A stretch of DNA of 34,920 nucleotides from Campylobacterota bacterium. GTDB taxonomy: Bacteria > Campylobacterota > Campylobacteria > Campylobacterales > Sulfurovaceae. Location of the stretch: the NCBI GenBank assembly GCA_034722955.1, contig JAYEOM010000100.1, forward strand, positions 1 to 34,920, in the 5' to 3' direction. The notes under the pieces are model-generated. The model had not been told where the DNA came from. It did not search any database and saw nothing but the letters and a program-made list of their open reading frames with translations. Position numbers and translations under genes: made by a program. Positions 29,690 through 34,920 of the stretch are shown here, in pieces. Each line of letters starts with the position of its first letter. The stretch's first letter is position 1.

Positions 29690-29891
29690 AATGTTTATAA
29701 CAATTAAAAAAATATGCTGCAAGAGGAGTTTTGTATGCATATAATACCCCTGACCAATGTTTATATATTTTCTGTAAGGGTGTAGCCTAAGCCGGTAATA
29801 GAAAAAATAGAGGAGTGTGAATTATCAGATGATGAGAGTCAGTACCTTGATAAAATAAAAATATTGATTAAAAAAATTTATCACTTTTGGA

Positions 29892-29897
29892 TATAAT
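29892..29897 (+). promoter_or_regulatory. -10 box (TATAAT) for the cytochrome c/kinase unit
   Basis: TATAAT about 25 nt upstream of the AGGAG SD at 29922-29926. Confidence 0.45.
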
Positions 29898-29932
29898 AAT
29901 CTTAAATTGTTTTATAAAAATAGGAGTCTACG

Positions 29933-31245
29933 CTGAAAAAGATTATCACATATATATTTATAGTAGTTTTATCTATTATCACTTATATGCTCTATATCAA
30001 TAGCTCAAAACTACTCCCTTTTTATCAACAACTCACCAAAACACGGGTAGGACTTCATCAAGATTTACAACCAGCAGAACAAAAAAATGCTCATTTTGTT
30101 GGCTCGCAAACCTGTATAGAGTGTCACAAGGAGAACCATACACATTGGCAAAACTCTCGTCATCCTCATATGGTTCAGCATATAGAGAGCAACAATTCAG
30201 TAGTCATAGCAGATTTCTCCAAACTTCCTAATGATGCTAGTTTTACACTTAAAGACGCTGTCTATACCGTAGGTGGGAAATTATGATGCGTAAAGATAGA
30301 AACGGTACAGAGGATTATATCCTAGGTAACTATCAGTGGAATGTAGAGACTGGCAAATGGCAAAAGTTCAAGCCATGGAAGTACTGGTACAAAGAGGCAT
30401 ATCCTCATGACAACAAAGAGCTTCCTACCTCTAGAGCTTGCGATGGCTGTCACTTTACTGGTTTTATGTCTAGGGATAAACGCGTGGAGAGTGGTATCGC
30501 CTGTGAGTCCTGCCATGGCCCAGCCTCCAAACATATCAAAGACCCTAAGTCTCTTGTATACAAAGCCTCTACTAGTGACCCAACAAGACAAAATGAAGTC
30601 TGCTTGCAGTGCCATATGCGCAACCGTGACTACCGCCTAAGTGAGCATAACATAAGCACCATCTATGGAGATGCTAGAGACTACCCTCACGGATATGAAG
30701 CTGGTAAACCCTTGAGGGACTACAAGATGGTTGCTCCTTTTGTCTTGGGTCAGGAGACCAAAGAGTTCTATGCCAATGGCTTGGGCAAAAAAAATCGTAT
30801 GCAGGGCAATGAGTTCGTCCACTCTATGAAGGGTAGACATGGCATCACTTGTATCAATTGTCACAATCCTCATACGCTAGAGCCTACATCACAAAAAAAC
30901 AGTGGCAATGACCTCTGTATGAAGTGTCATAGTTTTGGCTCACCTATAGGTCCTCATCAAGACTCCATACAAGAGCATACCCACCACAAGGTTAGCTCTA
31001 CAGGCTCACTATGTGTAGAGTGCCATATGCCAAAAGTAGGTAAACACACAGACAAGTCTCCATATACTGTCCGTACACATAGTTTTGGGTTTGTAACACC
31101 CAAGGAGACTATAGCTTATGGTATGCCTCATCAGACCAATGCTTGCTATGCTTGTCACCAATCCACTAAAGCCAAAGATAAAACTATGCAAACCCTTCAA
31201 GATGATTTGGAGTCTTGGGGTATGGTAGGATGGGAGAAAAGATGA
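29933..31245 (+). pseudogene. Membrane-anchored octaheme c-type cytochrome interrupted by a frameshift near 30280
   Basis: In-frame CTG at 29933 after AGGAG gives MKKIITYIFIVVLSIITYML (TM anchor). One CxxCH lies in the 5' part (CIECH) and seven in the 3' part (CDGCH, CESCH, CLQCH, CINCH, CMKCH, CVECH, CYACH). The 3' ORF 30283-31245 has no export signal of its own. Confidence 0.75.
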
Positions 31246-33032
31246 GTGCCAACTATAAAGGTGAACTTAAATTAAATGAATATATAAAAACTTTACTATA
31301 TTTCTCATTTGCTTATTTGATAATAGTTTTTTCTATATCAGGATTTCATTTTAATATTTTAGAAGAGAAACAAAAAAGTCTTCAAATGGTACAAAATCAA
31401 CTCTCTGGTGTTGATTATCTAAAAAGCATCCAAGAGTTGAGTATGACTGAAGCATATTATCAAGAAAACTCTAAGCAGCACACAGATGAGATTATTAAAA
31501 GTATAGAAAAAATTTATCAAATACAAAACAGATATCCTCTTTTTAGAAATCAACCATTCAACAATCAATTAAGCTTTATAGAAAAAAACCGCTTGAGCGT
31601 AGATAACTATTATGATTTCTTTGATACCATCAACCACGAAAATTATCGTATTGGAGATGTAGCAGAGTTGCACTTTTTTGATGATAGAGAAAAGTACTTT
31701 TTAGGAACTATGATTACTCACTATCTTCCTGAGTTTTCTATTAGTATAGCTATTTGTCACAACATAATGGAACACTACCATAAAGATAAAAAAATTAACA
31801 ACACAATGAAAAGTATATTTATAGAAAATTTAAAACTAATCTATCTGAGTGCTGATGAGGTAGAAGGTATCATAAAACTATTGAGCCAACATCATCACTC
31901 TAGCACATTATCATCGCTGATAGAGAAAGTTAAAAAGAGACTTGGTCAGTTAAATTTTGACAGAGAACAGTTTATATCATCTGCTATCAGTGAAGATGCA
32001 ATAATGGCATACTTAGAAAATCTACATCTACTTTTGCTTCTCTCGTCTGAACTTAATATAGAAAATAGTAAACAACTTACAAAAGCATTAGAGATAAAAG
32101 AAGATGCATTAAATTCTAAGATGATATTTTATAAGTGGGAGTGGGGACTGCTGATGTTACTTGTGTCCTTTTTGTTTTACTATTTTTATATCACATATAG
32201 ATCCAATATAGAAAAAGATGAAGAGATATACAAGCGTCAAAAAGATTTAGAGGAGTTCAATCATACACTCCAAGAACGCATAGAAGAGGAGGTATCCAAA
32301 AATAGAGCTAAAGACCAACAGATATTTCAGCAGTCTCGTCTAGCACAGATGGGAGAGATGATTAGTATGATAGCCCACCAATGGAGACAGCCACTCTCAG
32401 CTATCTCAGCTACGAGTTCAGCTCTAGAATTAAAAACTGAACTAGGTATGATGACTGATGAGATTATTATTGAACAAACTCAAATCATCTCTAGGATTAC
32501 ACAACACCTAAGTCAGACTATTGATGACTTTAGGAACTTTTTTAAGTCAAGTAAACAAAAGAATATGACATCATATTCAAAAATTATAGATGCTGTAATG
32601 GATATTACTAAGACAGGAATAGTAAACAATAATATCCAAATAATTGAAAAATTAGAAAATAAAGAGGAGTTTGAAAACTATGATAGAGAGATTCAGCAAG
32701 TAGTACTCAATCTTATTAAAAATGCAGAAGATATTTTGCTTGGCAAAAAGACTCTATCGCCTACTATCACCTTAAAAAGCTATAAAGATGAAGATTACAT
32801 AATCCTTGAAGTTATTGATAATGCAGGAGGTGTCCCCAAAGATATAATAGATAATATTTTTGACCCTTACTTCTCTACAAAATCAGAAAAAAATGGTACA
32901 GGGTTAGGGCTTTATATGTCCAAGCAAATTATTGAAGATCATTGCAATGGAAAACTTGAAGCAATAAATGAGAAGAATGGAGCTATTTTTAGGATTAGTT
33001 TACCAAGAAAAATAAAGAATGCAGAGAAATAA
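31242..33032 (+). CDS. Membrane sensor histidine kinase
   Basis: Two TM segments flanking a large periplasmic domain; H box IAHQWRQPL, N box NLIKNAED, DNAGG, FDPYFSTK, GTGLGL. ATG 31242 overlaps the cytochrome stop (ATGA). Confidence 0.93.
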   Translation: MSANYKGELKLNEYIKTLLYFSFAYLIIVFSISGFHFNILEEKQKSLQMVQNQLSGVDYLKSIQELSMTEAYYQENSKQHTDEIIKSIEKIYQIQNRYPLFRNQPFNNQLSFIEKNRLSVDNYYDFFDTINHENYRIGDVAELHFFDDREKYFLGTMITHYLPEFSISIAICHNIMEHYHKDKKINNTMKSIFIENLKLIYLSADEVEGIIKLLSQHHHSSTLSSLIEKVKKRLGQLNFDREQFISSAISEDAIMAYLENLHLLLLLSSELNIENSKQLTKALEIKEDALNSKMIFYKWEWGLLMLLVSFLFYYFYITYRSNIEKDEEIYKRQKDLEEFNHTLQERIEEEVSKNRAKDQQIFQQSRLAQMGEMISMIAHQWRQPLSAISATSSALELKTELGMMTDEIIIEQTQIISRITQHLSQTIDDFRNFFKSSKQKNMTSYSKIIDAVMDITKTGIVNNNIQIIEKLENKEEFENYDREIQQVVLNLIKNAEDILLGKKTLSPTITLKSYKDEDYIILEVIDNAGGVPKDIIDNIFDPYFSTKSEKNGTGLGLYMSKQIIEDHCNGKLEAINEKNGAIFRISLPRKIKNAEK

Positions 33033-33150
33033 AGTTCTACTTTTATCTCCCCATAATAGCTACAGTACCCATATACCTAAAGAGACTATAAAGATACTTG
33101 ATCTTGATTGTTGATTTGCCCCTTGCTTTGCAATGTCTTTCATCGTATAA

Positions 33151-33354
33151 GGCTACCCCAAGGAGATAAACACACAAATAGAAGCCACCAAGAGGGCAAG
33201 ATTTGCAAAATATAATTTGCAGGACCAGCCATAGCTAATTGCCCGCAGGAAATGCCCTTGGGGTACAAAAACGATTAACGAAGTCATATGGGAAATCTCA
33301 TAAAGCCCGTAGGGAAGCCTAAAGCTATTTGGGTGTTTATTTCATTGGGTAGCC
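33151..33354. mobile_element. 204-bp MITE-like element with ~30-bp imperfect terminal inverted repeats and TAA target duplication
   Basis: Left end GGCTACCCCAAGGAGATAAACACACAAATAG; right end reverse complement GGCTACCC-AATGAAATAAACACCCAAATAG; TAA at 33148-33150 and 33355-33357; no ORF from the track lies inside. Confidence 0.8.
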
Positions 33355-33450
33355 TAACATACAGTGTCGTTATTGAGAGCTTTTTTGTTACCTGCAGTAC
33401 AAATATGAATTTTTACAAACCATAAAGTAGTTACATTAACGATAATTTTG

Positions 33451-33456
33451 TATAAT
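33451..33456 (+). promoter_or_regulatory. -10 box (TATAAT) upstream of nhaA
   Basis: TTTTG-TATAAT about 105 nt before the ATG. Confidence 0.4.
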
Positions 33457-33560
33457 AAGCCCGAAATATGCAATAGAGATTACTAAACTAGTATTTATCA
33501 TTGCATAATTCGGGATAAATTTACAAAAAATAACCCACAATGAGGTAAAAGAGAGAAGAG

Positions 33561-34892
33561 ATGAAAATATACGCACCATGGGAAAAGGGATTTAATAAAA
33601 TAACGACTCCTTTTGAAGAGTTTTTGCACGCACAGACCACGACAGGTATTATTCTTATCATAATGACCATATTGGCATTGTTTCTTGCCAACTCTGGCTT
33701 ATCAGAAATGTATGTACATTTTTTTCATACTAAAGCAGATTTTAGTATTGGTTCATGGGAACTCTCACATACCATACACCACTGGATCAATGATGCCTTG
33801 ATGGCGATCTTTTTCTTCCTTATTGGACTAGAGATAAAGAGAGAGGTTTCGGTAGGAGAACTCTCCAATATTAAAGTAGCCATACTTCCTATATTGGCGG
33901 CTATTGGGGGTATGATCTTTCCTGCACTTATATACTATTATATTAATGCAGGAACAGATGGGGCTAACGGATGGGGTATCCCTATGGCTACAGATATTGC
34001 TTTTGCTATTTCTGCATTGGTACTTTTAGGTAAGCGTGTGCCTCCTGCCTTGGTGACTTTTTTGGTCGCACTCGCCATAGTTGATGACTTGGGTGCTGTA
34101 TTAGTCATAGCACTTTTTTATACAGAGCAGATACATATTCTTCCACTGACTTTAGCTGGTGGTACTTTTTTAGCCATGATAGCGATGAACCGTTTTGGTA
34201 TACATAAGGTTTTGCCTTACTTTATAGTGGGTGTCATTATGTGGTTCTTTATGCTTCAGTCTGGTGTGCATGCTACCATAGCAGGGGTCATCGCAGCTCT
34301 TGCCATTCCGTCTATCCCAAAGAGAGACCCCTCTAATCTAAGAGCAGAGCTTAAAGTGCTGCTTGATGAGTTTGAAATCTACCCGATCAAAGAAGACTAT
34401 ATGATGAATGACAGACAAAAGACTATACTTATAGAGGTGAAAGAGAAAATTTCTGATGTTGAGACACCTGCTGCTAGACTGGAACATAGCTTACATCTCC
34501 CTGTCTCATTGATCATTATTCCACTCTTTGCACTTGCCAATGCAGGCATTGCTATAGATTTCGACTCTATTGGTACGACTATAGTACAATCTATCTCTAT
34601 GGGGATCATCGCGGGTCTTATACTAGGAAAAGTCTTAGGTATCTTTGGTGTGGCATGGTTGGCTGTCAAACTCAAAATGGCCTCTCTTCCTGAGGGTAGC
34701 AGCATGAGCCAGATCTTTGGTGTGGCTTTTCTAGGAGGTATTGGTTTTACTATGTCTATATTTGTTGCTGACTTGGCATTTATCAACAGTGCAGAGTTGG
34801 TTTTTCAAGCCAAAGTTGGCATCCTGGCGGCTTCTCTATTTGCCGGTCTATTTGGATACTTCTGGCTTAGGTTTGTGGCAAAATCAAAATAG
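33561..34892 (+). CDS. nhaA: Na+/H+ antiporter NhaA
   Basis: WINDALMAIFF..IGLEIKRE, GWGIPMATDIAFA, ALAIVDDLGA, SGVHAT, PLFALANAG, GIGFTMS. Confidence 0.97.
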   Translation: MKIYAPWEKGFNKITTPFEEFLHAQTTTGIILIIMTILALFLANSGLSEMYVHFFHTKADFSIGSWELSHTIHHWINDALMAIFFFLIGLEIKREVSVGELSNIKVAILPILAAIGGMIFPALIYYYINAGTDGANGWGIPMATDIAFAISALVLLGKRVPPALVTFLVALAIVDDLGAVLVIALFYTEQIHILPLTLAGGTFLAMIAMNRFGIHKVLPYFIVGVIMWFFMLQSGVHATIAGVIAALAIPSIPKRDPSNLRAELKVLLDEFEIYPIKEDYMMNDRQKTILIEVKEKISDVETPAARLEHSLHLPVSLIIIPLFALANAGIAIDFDSIGTTIVQSISMGIIAGLILGKVLGIFGVAWLAVKLKMASLPEGSSMSQIFGVAFLGGIGFTMSIFVADLAFINSAELVFQAKVGILAASLFAGLFGYFWLRFVAKSK

Positions 34893-34920
34893 ATCTATAA
34901 GTTAATTATCATAGAGAGTG

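Noticed and set aside
33033..33147. Short minus-strand reading frames beside the MITE as a transposase or response-regulator remnant
   Set aside because: Only about 27-35 codons with no convincing motif; cannot be supported without a search.
126..34786. Numerous short antisense or overlapping ORFs in the track (e.g. 126-329, 3456-3953, 5426-5851, 15192-15476, 28011-28424, 34397-34786)
   Set aside because: They are shadows of well-supported genes in other frames or strands, with no recognisable motifs.

Overview
This looks like a Campylobacterota (Sulfurovum-like; inferred from gene content, protein style and TGnTAwAAT promoters) chromosomal region dominated by a ~25 kb cell-surface glycan locus. 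Left: kdsA (partial), a DMT transporter, mscS and der, then the ADP-heptose genes gmhA, hldE, hldD, gmhB and ugd (minus strand). Upstream of these on the minus strand is a five-gene run: MBOAT O-acyltransferase, SGNH-like membrane-anchored protein, SxtJ-like protein, a 49-aa SxtK/DUF5989-like peptide absent from the ORF track, and a NodU/CmcH/SxtI carbamoyltransferase. The peptide and the MBOAT end in the same F-I-Y-x-x-F motif that serves as the tyrosine acyl shuttle in DltX/AlgI-type systems, suggesting a trans-membrane O-carbamoylation relay (top finding, inference). The divergent plus strand carries an SGNH esterase, a lipoprotein, wzm/wzt (with C-terminal CBM), an orphan polytopic membrane protein, a methyltransferase, a kinase-like/coiled-coil/GT2/GT-B fusion, two AT3 acyltransferases and a rhamnosyltransferase-like GT2. 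A ubiA-gtrA-dprE1-dprE2-like polyprenyl-P-arabinofuranose cassette follows, bracketed by TAA|GGCTAC...GTAGCC|TAA ends like those of a 204-bp MITE at 33151-33354. Right: a frameshifted octaheme cytochrome c, an orphan histidine kinase and nhaA. All calls come from reading motifs by eye; no searches were run.
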